A stretch of 64,000 nucleotides of DNA from Mycobacteriales bacterium. Its GTDB lineage: Bacteria; Actinomycetota; Actinomycetes; Mycobacteriales; SCTD01. Positions 34,399 to 42,871 of this stretch are shown here, in pieces (positions within the stretch are counted from its first letter, which is position 1; each line of letters opens with the position of its first letter). Position numbers and translations under genes: made by a program. Where the stretch lies: NCBI GenBank assembly GCA_035714445.1, contig DASTLY010000067.1, positions 9,498 through 73,497 of the forward strand. Direction: 5' to 3'. The notes beneath the pieces were generated by a model. That model was not told where the DNA came from, ran no database searches, and worked only from the letters and a program-made list of their open reading frames with translations.

Positions 34399-36332
34399 TG
34401 GCGCGCCCCGACCTGCTCGCGCTGACCGACGACGCGCTGGCCGCCCTCGCCAACCGCGGCATCGTCAAACGGGCCGTGCGCGAGTACGAGGCCGGCGGCG
34501 GCCCCGCGCTCGTCGACTCGCCGGACGGCACCGTGACGGCGACCTGGCCGGACGGCACCTCGACCACCCTGGCGCCGGGCCGCACCCTGGAGCAGGCCGG
34601 TTGCAGCTGCGCCGCGTCCGGGGTCTGCCGGCACCGGGTCCTGCTCGCGATCGCGTACCGCACGCACCGCCCCCGTGAGGACCAGCCCGATCTTCGCTCT
34701 CCGGGGGGCTACGACGACGACCAGCTCGCGCAGCACCTTGGCGAGCGGGCGATGACGGCCGCGCGGCGGGTCCTGCGGGCCGGCTACGCGGCGCGGGTGC
34801 GCCGGCCCACCCCGGACGACCCGGTCCCGACCGTCGAGCTGGCCTCGGTGACGGTGCGCTTCCTCGTGGCGGGCGAGCTGGGGTACGCCCGGGCCGACGC
34901 CGCCCGCGGCTCCCGGCCGGACGCCGTCGCCCTGGCCGTCTGGGCCTGCCGCGCTGCCGACTGCGCCGACCCGACCGGCGCCGTAGTCGACGTGCAGGTG
35001 GGCGGCGGGGCCGCTGCCTCCCCCACCGCGGCGCTCGACGCGACCGCGCAGGCCCTGGCCGAGCTGCTCGCGGACGGCGTGACCCGCGCGGACGCCGGGC
35101 ACGACGCGGCGCTGGCCGCGGCCCGCCGGGCCCTCGACGCCGGCAACCTGCGCTGGCCGGTGGACGCCCTCGACGCGCTCGTCGAGCAGGTCCGGGCCTA
35201 CCGGGAGCGCACCTCGTCCTACTCTCCCCGCACCGCGGCCGGGCTGGTCGCCGAGCTGGTGGCCCGGGCCCGGTGCGCCGGCGGCGGCGCCAGCCCCGCC
35301 TCGACGGTGCTGGGCACGCAGGAGAGCACCCGTACGCCGATGCGGCTGGCCCGGCTCACGGCGCTCGGCGCCCGGTTGCGCGGCACCGCCGACCTGCTCG
35401 CGCTCGAGGTCTACCTCGCCCACCCGGAGTCGGCGACCGTGCTGGTGCTGCGCCGGGCGTTCCCCGCCGCGCAGGACGGGACGGCGCCGGAGCTGTCCCG
35501 GGTGCTGAGCAGCCGGGCCGGCGGGCACCGGCTGGCCGCGCTGGCCGCCGCCGAGGTGGTGACCGAGAGCGCCGTACGCGCGGCGGACCGCAGCGTGCAC
35601 CTGGCGTCCTCGCAGCTGGCCCGCACCAGCATCTCCCCGTCGTCCGGCAGCTGGTCCGCGCTGCCCCCGGGCCTGCTGCTGGGCGACCTCGACGCCGCGG
35701 CGGCGGGCCTGGCCACCCGGCCGCCAGCGCCGGTACGGCCGCGGGTCGCGGCGCACGACCTGCGCGCGGTGCTCGTCGACGAGGTCGAGGACCTCAGCTG
35801 GCACCCCGGCGCCCAGCAGCTGCGGGCCCGCGTCCGCGCGCCGGCGGGGACGCTGCTGCTGCGGGCGCAGCACACCTCCGCCGCGCCGGGCGCCGTCGAC
35901 GCTCTGCAGTCCGCGCTGTCCGGGCAGGTGCGCGCCGTCGCCGGGCACCTGCACCGCGAGGCGGGGCAGCTGGTCCTCGAGCCGACCGCGGTCGCCGTCG
36001 ACGGCCGGGTCGTCGTCCCCGACCTCACGCCGCCGCAGGCCGGCGCACCGGTGCCCGTGGGGGTCCACGCGGCCGGCGACCCGCTGCAGGCAGCCGTGGA
36101 ACAGGCGCTGGACGTGTGCGCCGCGGTCGTGCACGCCGGCTGGCGGCCCGCGCCGGTGTCGTGGGCCGGCCGGGCACAGCGGGCCGCGGACGACCTGCGC
36201 CGGGCCGGGCTGCCGGTCGCCGCGACGGCGCTGCAGGAGCTGCCCGCCGCGCTCGCCGGCGACCCGACCGGCGCCCTGGCGAGCTGGGCCGACGTCCACC
36301 TGCGCCTGCTCGTGACCGCCGAGCAGCTGTAG
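34398..36332 (+). CDS. SWIM zinc-finger protein (YehQ-like)
   Basis: SWIM signature C-x-C-x(n)-C-x-H in GCSCAASGVCRHRVLLAIAY near the N-terminus. Long A/L-rich helical remainder. Start GTG 34398 overlaps the previous stop (TAGTG). Confidence 0.8.
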   Translation: MARPDLLALTDDALAALANRGIVKRAVREYEAGGGPALVDSPDGTVTATWPDGTSTTLAPGRTLEQAGCSCAASGVCRHRVLLAIAYRTHRPREDQPDLRSPGGYDDDQLAQHLGERAMTAARRVLRAGYAARVRRPTPDDPVPTVELASVTVRFLVAGELGYARADAARGSRPDAVALAVWACRAADCADPTGAVVDVQVGGGAAASPTAALDATAQALAELLADGVTRADAGHDAALAAARRALDAGNLRWPVDALDALVEQVRAYRERTSSYSPRTAAGLVAELVARARCAGGGASPASTVLGTQESTRTPMRLARLTALGARLRGTADLLALEVYLAHPESATVLVLRRAFPAAQDGTAPELSRVLSSRAGGHRLAALAAAEVVTESAVRAADRSVHLASSQLARTSISPSSGSWSALPPGLLLGDLDAAAAGLATRPPAPVRPRVAAHDLRAVLVDEVEDLSWHPGAQQLRARVRAPAGTLLLRAQHTSAAPGAVDALQSALSGQVRAVAGHLHREAGQLVLEPTAVAVDGRVVVPDLTPPQAGAPVPVGVHAAGDPLQAAVEQALDVCAAVVHAGWRPAPVSWAGRAQRAADDLRRAGLPVAATALQELPAALAGDPTGALASWADVHLRLLVTAEQL

Positions 36333-36349
36333 TCGGGCAGCTGTGCGTC

Positions 36350-37969
36350 TCAGCGGCCCCGGGTGAGCGCGCCGGCGGCGCGGTGCCGGGCCACGGCGGC
36401 CGTGCCGAGGGCGACGCCCGCGACGACCAGCACGGCGGTGGGCAGCCGGTCGGGCGGCGGGGCGCCGGCGGCGAGCGCGGCGCGTACCGCGTCCCCCTGC
36501 AGGCGCAGCGCCAGCGCCGACCCGACGCAGGCCACGAGCACGGCGGCGAAGCCGGTGGTGCGGTAGCCGACGGCCGCCCAGGGCGGGAGCAGCGGTGACG
36601 GGTCGTCCGACAGGGCGCCGAGGGCGCCCGCGCCCGCCAGCAGCAGGGCGAGGGCCAGGGCGCCGAGCAGCAGCACCGGCACGTCGCGGCCGGCGACGAT
36701 GCCCAGGGCCGCGTCGGCGAGCACCCCGAGCACGCCGCCGACCAGCGCCAGCGCCGTGCTGACGAGCAGGTCGACCTGGGCCAGCCGGGCGTGCGGCACC
36801 GGCACCGACGCCGCCAGCGGCGCCTTGTCGACGTCGAGCCGGACCGGGTCGGCGAAGCGGGTGGCGACGACGGTGAGCACCACCCCGGCGGCCAGGGCCC
36901 AGATCACCGTGGGTCCGGCGTCCCGGCCGGTCGTGACGTGCGAGGCAGCGCCGAGGACCGCGCCGGTGCCGGCGGCGCAGGCCAGCAGCCGGGGGACGAC
37001 GGGAGTGCCCTGCTCCTGCAGGAACGCCTTGGCGGCCAGGGCGCGGCCGACCGTCGCCGCGGGCAGCGCCACCCGGCGGCGGCGCGCCCGGCGCAGCGGC
37101 TCGGTGCGCGTCAGGTAGACCGACGAGGTGAAGCCCAGCCGCAGCGCGGTACGCGTCACGTCCGCGCGGCGCGACCGGCCGAGCAGGCGCTCGGGGGTCG
37201 CGCGCGAGGCGGCCCGCACCGACAGCAGGCCGAGCGGGACGATCAGAGCGGCCAGCAGGAGGGCGGCCAGCAGCCCGGCCGCGGGCGCCGACCCCTGCGC
37301 GGCGCCGGACAGCGGCAGGCCGCGGGACGCCACGCCCGCGACCTCCCGCAGCGCGGGCTCCGGCCCGTCGACGGCCAGCCGCCGCCCCAGCTCGCCCAGC
37401 GCACCCAGCCCGGCCACCGCCAGCACGGCGCCGGCCAGCCGTACCAGGGGGGCCAGAGCCGGGGTGACCTGCACGAGCCAGGCGAGCAGGGTGACCGCGA
37501 CACCGAGCAGGACCGGCAGCAGCAGGTCGTCGCGCAGCACGGCGGCGGCCGGTGACCCGAGCGCGCGTACGTCGACGTAGACGAGCACGAGGCTGGCCAG
37601 CACGGCGGCGGCGACGGCCCGGCTGAGCGCGGCGAGCAGGGCCGGCAGCACCAGGGCCCGGCGCGGCAGCGGCCAGGTCAGCAGCAGGCGGGCGTCCTCG
37701 GGCGGCAGGACGACGGGGCCGCCGCGCACCGCCGCGACGGCGCGGCCGACGACGACGGCGAGACCGGCCGCCAGCAGCAGCAGCGGCTGGGCCGCCGCGG
37801 CGGCCTCCCGGGTGGGTCCGGGCCCGGGCGGGCTGCCGGAGAACAGCGCGTACAGCGGGAAGAACGCCACCAGCACCGTCACGTAGACCACGTACAGCGC
37901 GTCGCCGAGCGACTGGCGCTCGCGCCGTGCCTGCGACCGGGCGCGGCGCACCTGCGCCGCGACGCTCAT
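36350..37969 (-). CDS. polytopic membrane protein, putative permease partner of the adjacent ABC ATPase
   Basis: More than 10 hydrophobic helices. ATGA overlap with the ABC ATPase stop (37966-37969). The upstream part of track ORF 36350..38341 is R/A/G-rich artefact. Confidence 0.65.
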   Translation of the reverse strand: MSVAAQVRRARSQARRERQSLGDALYVVYVTVLVAFFPLYALFSGSPPGPGPTREAAAAAQPLLLLAAGLAVVVGRAVAAVRGGPVVLPPEDARLLLTWPLPRRALVLPALLAALSRAVAAAVLASLVLVYVDVRALGSPAAAVLRDDLLLPVLLGVAVTLLAWLVQVTPALAPLVRLAGAVLAVAGLGALGELGRRLAVDGPEPALREVAGVASRGLPLSGAAQGSAPAAGLLAALLLAALIVPLGLLSVRAASRATPERLLGRSRRADVTRTALRLGFTSSVYLTRTEPLRRARRRRVALPAATVGRALAAKAFLQEQGTPVVPRLLACAAGTGAVLGAASHVTTGRDAGPTVIWALAAGVVLTVVATRFADPVRLDVDKAPLAASVPVPHARLAQVDLLVSTALALVGGVLGVLADAALGIVAGRDVPVLLLGALALALLLAGAGALGALSDDPSPLLPPWAAVGYRTTGFAAVLVACVGSALALRLQGDAVRAALAAGAPPPDRLPTAVLVVAGVALGTAAVARHRAAGALTRGR

Positions 37970-38685
37970 ATGTCGTCGTCCGCGAACGGCACGACGTCGG
38001 CCGGGCTGCCCGAGCGCACCAGCACGCCGTCGGACAGCAGCAGCGCCCGGTCGGCGAAGTGCCCGACGCGGGCCCGGGCGTGGGTGGCGACGACCGCGGC
38101 AGCGCCCTGCGCGACCCGCTCGCGCAGCAGCTCGAGGAAGGCCGACCGGCCGGCGTCGTCCAGGCCGGAGAAGGGCTCGTCGACCAGCAGCAGGTCGGCG
38201 GGCCGCAGGAACGCCAGGGCCAGCCCGGCCTTCTGCCGCATCCCGCGGCTGAACGTCGCCGGCACCTCGTCGACGGCCGCCGACAGCGCGAGCCGCTCCA
38301 GCAGCTCGAGCAGCCGCGCCTCGCCGTCCGGCACGTCCCATGCCCCTGCGACGAACGCGCCGTGGGCGCGCAGGGTCAGGTCGGGGAACAGCAGCGGCTC
38401 GTCGGGCACGTACGCCACCCGCCGGCGGTGCTCGGGCTGGTCGGTGCCGGGCTCGACGAGCAGGTCGCCCACCCGTACCGACCCCTCGCTGGGGTCGAGC
38501 ACCCCGGCGACGACCGCGAGCGTCGTGGACTTGCCGGAGCCGTTGTGGCCGAGCACGGCGAGCACCTCGCCGGGCGCGACCTGGAAGCTCAGCGGGCCGA
38601 GCACCCGGGAGCCGTCGTAGTCCTTCGCCAGCCCGTCGACCGCGAGCACGGGAGGGACGACAGCGCGAGCGCTCTTGCGGGCCAC
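37966..38685 (-). CDS. ABC transporter ATP-binding protein
   Basis: Walker A GHNGSGKST. Signature-like FSRGMRQKAG. Walker B LLLVDEPFSGLD. Confidence 0.85.
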   Translation of the reverse strand: MARKSARAVVPPVLAVDGLAKDYDGSRVLGPLSFQVAPGEVLAVLGHNGSGKSTTLAVVAGVLDPSEGSVRVGDLLVEPGTDQPEHRRRVAYVPDEPLLFPDLTLRAHGAFVAGAWDVPDGEARLLELLERLALSAAVDEVPATFSRGMRQKAGLALAFLRPADLLLVDEPFSGLDDAGRSAFLELLRERVAQGAAAVVATHARARVGHFADRALLLSDGVLVRSGSPADVVPFADDDI

Positions 38686-38724
38686 CCCCGCGACGCTACG
38701 TGCCGCGGCTCATATAGAGCTGGT

Positions 38725-39342
38725 TCAGCCGAACTGGGGGCCTTCGGTGCGCGTGCGCTTGAGCTCGTAGAAGTGCGGGAAGCCGGCGAGCAGCCGCGCG
38801 CCGTCCCAAACCTTTCCGGCCTCCTCGCCGCGCGGGATCCGCGACAGGACCGGCCCGAAGAAGGCCACCCCCTCGACGTGCAGCACGGGCGTGCCGACGT
38901 CCATCCCGACCGGGTCCATGCCCGCGTGGTGCTCCTTTCTCAGCTCCTCGTCGAGCGCGTCGCTGTCGGCCGCAGCGGCCAGCGACGTCGGCAGGCCGGC
39001 CTCGGTCAGCGCCTCCTCGAGCAGCCGCGGGTCGCCCAGCTCGATCTTGTCGGCCTCCTGCAGCGGGTGCAGGCGGTTGCCCAGCGCGGTGTAGAGCGGC
39101 AGCAGCACCTCGCGCCCGTGCTCGAGGCGGGCGGCCGTGCACACCCGTACCGGCCCCCAGGCCTTGGTCATCATCTCGACGTACTGCTCGGGCAGCTCGC
39201 GGCCGTCGTTGAGCACCGCCAGGCTCATCACGTTCCAGGTCACGTCCAGGTCGCGGACCTTCTCGACCTCGAGGACCCACCGCGAGGTGATCCAGGCCCA
39301 GGGGCAGAGCGGGTCGAACCAGAAGTCGAGGGAGGTCGTCAT
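38725..39342 (-). CDS. DsbA-family thioredoxin-fold protein (Rv2466c / mycoredoxin-2-like) with monothiol CPWA motif
   Basis: [31 protein letters not shown]...[23 protein letters not shown]...[14 protein letters not shown]. Divergent from pepN as in mycobacteria. Alternative ATG at 39360. Confidence 0.8.
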   Translation of the reverse strand: MTTSLDFWFDPLCPWAWITSRWVLEVEKVRDLDVTWNVMSLAVLNDGRELPEQYVEMMTKAWGPVRVCTAARLEHGREVLLPLYTALGNRLHPLQEADKIELGDPRLLEEALTEAGLPTSLAAAADSDALDEELRKEHHAGMDPVGMDVGTPVLHVEGVAFFGPVLSRIPRGEEAGKVWDGARLLAGFPHFYELKRTRTEGPQFG

Positions 39343-39417
39343 ACCACGACTCTTGCCCATGCAAGCAGGGCGCGCAACGCCCGCCGCGGCGCCGGGACAC
39401 GGTGGCAGGATGTCTGG

Positions 39418-41955
39418 GTGAAGACCGATTCCGCCACCAGCAACAACCTCACCCGTGACGAGGCCCGTGCGCGGGCAGCGCTGTTGCAGGTCGCGTCCTA
39501 CGACGTGGCCCTCGACCTCACCGACCAGGCGTCGGGTGCGACCTTCCGGTCGACCACCACGATCCGCTTCTCGTGCGGCACGCCGGGGGCGGCGACGTTC
39601 GTGGAGATCGCCGCACCGTCGCTGCGCTCGGCGACGCTCAACGGCGAGCCGGTCGACGTGTCCGGCTTCGACGGCGAGCGGCTGCAGCTGCCCGGCCTGG
39701 CGGCCGAGAACGAGCTCGTCGTCGACGCGGACTGCCGCTACATGCGCACCGGCGAGGGCCTGCACCGCTTCGTGGACCCCGTCGACGGCTCGGTCTACCT
39801 CTACACGCAGTTCGAGACGTACGACGCGCACCGGATGTACGCCTGCTTCGACCAGCCCGACCTCAAGGCGACGTTCACGCTGACCGTCGACGCGCCCGCG
39901 GGCTGGGTGTGCGTGAGCGGTGGCGCGGTCGCCTCCCACGAGGGCGGCCGGTGGGCGTTCGAGACGATGCCGCGGGTGTCGACCTACATCACGGCGCTGG
40001 TGGCCGGGCCCTACACGCACGTGCACGACGAGCACGACGGCATCCCGCTCGGGCTGTACTGCCGGGCGTCCCTGGCTCAGCACCTCGACGCCGACGAGCT
40101 GTTCACCGTCACCAAGCAGGGCTTCGACTTCTTCCACCGGGTGTTCGGCTACCGCTACCCGTTCGGCAAGTACGACCAGCTGTTCGTCCCGGAGTTCAAC
40201 GCCGGCGCCATGGAGAACGCCGGGGCGGTCACATTCCTGGAGGACTATGTCTTCCGGTCCAAGGTCACCGACGCGGCGTACGAGCGGCGCGCCGAGACGA
40301 TCCTGCACGAGATGGCGCACATGTGGTTCGGCGACCTGGTGACCATGCGCTGGTGGGATGACCTGTGGCTCAACGAGTCGTTCGCCACCTACATGTCGGT
40401 GCTGGCGCAGGCCAGCGACACCCGGTGGACCGGCGCCTGGACCACCTTCGCCAACTCGGAGAAGACCTGGGCGTACCGCCAGGACCAGCTGCCGTCGACG
40501 CACCCGATCGCCGCGGACATCCGCGACATGGACGACGTACGGGTCAACTTCGACGGGATCACCTACGCCAAGGGCGCGTCGGTCCTCAAGCAGCTGGTCG
40601 CCTGGGTCGGCCAGGACGCGTTCCTCGCCGCGCTGCGGACCTACTTCCGCACCCACGAGTACGGCAACACGGTGCTGGCCGACCTGCTGTCCGAGCTGGA
40701 GCGGGCCAGCGGCCGCGAGCTGTCGTCCTGGTCGGCGCAGTGGCTGCAGACAGCGGGCGTCAACACGCTGCGGCCGTCCTTCGAGGTGGGCCCGGACGGG
40801 TTCACCTCCTTCTCGATTCTGCAGGAGGCGCCGGCGGCCTGGCCGACGCTGCGCTCGCACCGGGTCGCGGTCGGCCTCTACGACCTGGTCGACGGCCGGC
40901 TCGTACGGACCGGCCGGGAGGAGCTCGACGTCGTCGGCGCCAAGACGGAGGTCCCCGCGCTGGTGGGCCGGCCGCAGCCCGACCTCGTGCTGGTCAACGA
41001 CGACGACCTGACGTATGCCAAGGTGCGGCTCGACGACCGGTCGCTGGCGACGCTGGTCGCCCACATCGGCGACATCCGCGACTCGCTGCCGCGGGCGCTG
41101 TGCTGGTCCGCCGCGTGGGACATGACCCGCGACGCCGAGATGCCGGCCCGCGACTACGTGAGCCTGGTGCTGGCCGGGCTGCCGCAGGAGACCGACATCG
41201 GTGTCGTGCAGTCGCTGCTGCGCCAGGCCCAGAGCGCGGTCACGCTGTTCGCCGACCCGGCCTGGGCGCCCGTCGGTCGGGCCCGGCTCGCCGCCGCCGC
41301 CCACGACGCCGTCCGTGCGGCCGCCCCCGGCAGCGACCTGCAGCTGGCCTGGTGCCGGGCGCTCGGCACCCTCGCGGCGACGCCCGAGCAGGTCGGGCTG
41401 CTGCGCGGCCTGCTCAGCGGTGCGGCCACGGTGCCCGGGCTGGCCGTCGACGCGGAGCTGCGCTGGCACCTGCTGATGCGCCTGGTGGTGCTGGGCCTGG
41501 CCGACCTGCCCGAGATCGAGGCGGAGCTGGCCCGCGACCGCACCGCGGCGGGCGCCCGGCACGCCGCGTCCGCCCGGGCCGCCCGCCCGACCGCGCAGGC
41601 GAAGGCCGAGGCCTGGCAGCTGGCGGTGCACGACGACTCGCTGCCCAACGCGGTGCAGTCGGCGGTCGTGGGCGGCTTCAACCAGTCCGAGCAGGTGGCG
41701 CTGCTCGAGCCCTACCTCGACCCGTACTTCGAGATGCTCGACGAGGTGTGGCGCACCCGAACCGCCGAGATGGCCCAGAACGTGGTCGTCGGGCTGTACC
41801 CCACCCTGCTGGTGTCGCCGGACGTCGTCGCCCGCACCGACGCCTACCTCGCCTCCCGCACCGTCCAGCCGGCGCTGCGACGGCTGCTGCTCGAGGGCCG
41901 CGACGGCGTGGTCCGCGCGCTGCGGGCCCGCGACTGCGACGCCGCCGCCGACTGA
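39418..41955 (+). CDS. pepN: aminopeptidase N (M1 family)
   Basis: GAMEN motif ([10 protein letters not shown]). Zinc motif [10 protein letters not shown]...WLNESFA. GTG 39418. The first 497 codons of track ORF 37927..41955 are antisense artefact. Confidence 0.9.
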   Translation: MKTDSATSNNLTRDEARARAALLQVASYDVALDLTDQASGATFRSTTTIRFSCGTPGAATFVEIAAPSLRSATLNGEPVDVSGFDGERLQLPGLAAENELVVDADCRYMRTGEGLHRFVDPVDGSVYLYTQFETYDAHRMYACFDQPDLKATFTLTVDAPAGWVCVSGGAVASHEGGRWAFETMPRVSTYITALVAGPYTHVHDEHDGIPLGLYCRASLAQHLDADELFTVTKQGFDFFHRVFGYRYPFGKYDQLFVPEFNAGAMENAGAVTFLEDYVFRSKVTDAAYERRAETILHEMAHMWFGDLVTMRWWDDLWLNESFATYMSVLAQASDTRWTGAWTTFANSEKTWAYRQDQLPSTHPIAADIRDMDDVRVNFDGITYAKGASVLKQLVAWVGQDAFLAALRTYFRTHEYGNTVLADLLSELERASGRELSSWSAQWLQTAGVNTLRPSFEVGPDGFTSFSILQEAPAAWPTLRSHRVAVGLYDLVDGRLVRTGREELDVVGAKTEVPALVGRPQPDLVLVNDDDLTYAKVRLDDRSLATLVAHIGDIRDSLPRALCWSAAWDMTRDAEMPARDYVSLVLAGLPQETDIGVVQSLLRQAQSAVTLFADPAWAPVGRARLAAAAHDAVRAAAPGSDLQLAWCRALGTLAATPEQVGLLRGLLSGAATVPGLAVDAELRWHLLMRLVVLGLADLPEIEAELARDRTAAGARHAASARAARPTAQAKAEAWQLAVHDDSLPNAVQSAVVGGFNQSEQVALLEPYLDPYFEMLDEVWRTRTAEMAQNVVVGLYPTLLVSPDVVARTDAYLASRTVQPALRRLLLEGRDGVVRALRARDCDAAAD

Positions 41956-41971
41956 GCTCCCGGGGGCCCGG

Positions 41972-41991
41972 CTGAGCTCCCGGGGGCTCAG
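41972..41991. terminator. 8-bp stem / tetraloop hairpin CTGAGCTC-CCGG-GGGCTCAG between convergent pepN and the DUF5130 gene; candidate bidirectional terminator
   Basis: Pairing checked by hand (7 Watson-Crick pairs plus one G-U). No U-tract. The first 16 nt are also present as a direct repeat at 41952-41967. Confidence 0.35.
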
Positions 41992-42515
41992 TGCGAGCCG
42001 GTGCTCTGTACCTCGTCGTGCCCGGCGCCGGCGGCGGGGGCGGCGGCGGAGCCGTGCACGGCATCCGAGCGCACGGCCAGCTCGTCGTGCTTGGTCTCGG
42101 CGGGGGTGAGGGCGTCGCGGCGGCCGGCGCTGTCGGCGATCTGCCGGAGCCCCTCGGTGATCCCCCCGAGCAGGTCGCCGCCGGTGAACGCGGTCGTCAT
42201 CGACAGCACCGCGAGGGCGCAGACCCGGTCGGGCACCCGGCGTCGCACGGCGGCGCCGGTCACCACCTCGACCCTGCGCTGGCCCGGCGCGACGACCAGC
42301 AGCACCGCTTCCGGGCTGCGCGGCCCGAGGGCGGCGTGCAGCCGCTCGGCGCCCCCGCGGAAGTGGCTCAGGTCCTCCAGGTCGAGGTCGCCCACGAGCA
42401 CCGAGACGTCCAGGCCGTTCTCGGTGCGGATCTTCTGCAGGTCGTGCTCGATGCGCTCCTGTGCCTTGTGCGGCAGGCCCGCCGCGCTGGCGCTACCAGT
42501 TGCCACTTGCACCAC
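41988..42515 (-). CDS. DUF5130-like (TPM-domain-like) protein, Rv2468c-like
   Basis: [32 protein letters not shown]... matches the pattern I recall for DUF5130. Position next to pepN as in mycobacteria. Confidence 0.7.
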   Translation of the reverse strand: MVQVATGSASAAGLPHKAQERIEHDLQKIRTENGLDVSVLVGDLDLEDLSHFRGGAERLHAALGPRSPEAVLLVVAPGQRRVEVVTGAAVRRRVPDRVCALAVLSMTTAFTGGDLLGGITEGLRQIADSAGRRDALTPAETKHDELAVRSDAVHGSAAAPAAGAGHDEVQSTGSH

Positions 42516-42864
42516 CCCTGTCGCCGGTCCGCGCCTGTGCGGTCTCCACCGCCGCGACCGGGTCGGGCGGCCCGGCGAACCACACCGGCGCTGCCGACCA
42601 GCCCTTCTGCGGGCGGTACCTTTCGGCCTTGATCATCCCGGGTAGCCAGACCAGTGCCGCCGTGCCGAGCAGGATGACGGCCGGGATCAGGACGAACAGC
42701 ACAATGGTGGCGACCGGCGAGAGGCCGGGACCGGGTTCCGCGCCTTCCCGGGGGCCCAGCTCGTCGTCGAAGGCGAGCGCGGGGCCCGCGGTCAGCAGCA
42801 CGGTCAGGCAGGCGCTCATCAGGAGGGCGCTGGTCCGGCAGGCGGCACGGCGTCGGCTGCTCAC
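42493..42864 (-). CDS. small secreted/membrane protein (signal peptide plus one TM helix)
   Basis: VSSRRRAACRTSALLMSACLTVLLTAGPALA signal peptide. TM helix VATIVLFVLIPAVILLGTAALVWL. GTG 42864. Overlaps the downstream gene start by 23 nt. Confidence 0.5.
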   Translation of the reverse strand: MSSRRRAACRTSALLMSACLTVLLTAGPALAFDDELGPREGAEPGPGLSPVATIVLFVLIPAVILLGTAALVWLPGMIKAERYRPQKGWSAAPVWFAGPPDPVAAVETAQARTGDRGGASGNW

Positions 42865-42871
42865 GTCATCC

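Noticed and set aside
37927-39417. N-terminal 497-codon extension of pepN in track ORF 37927..41955
   Set aside because: It is antisense to the ABC ATPase and the DsbA-like gene and has low-complexity R/G/P content. The M1 peptidase homology starts at GTG 39418.
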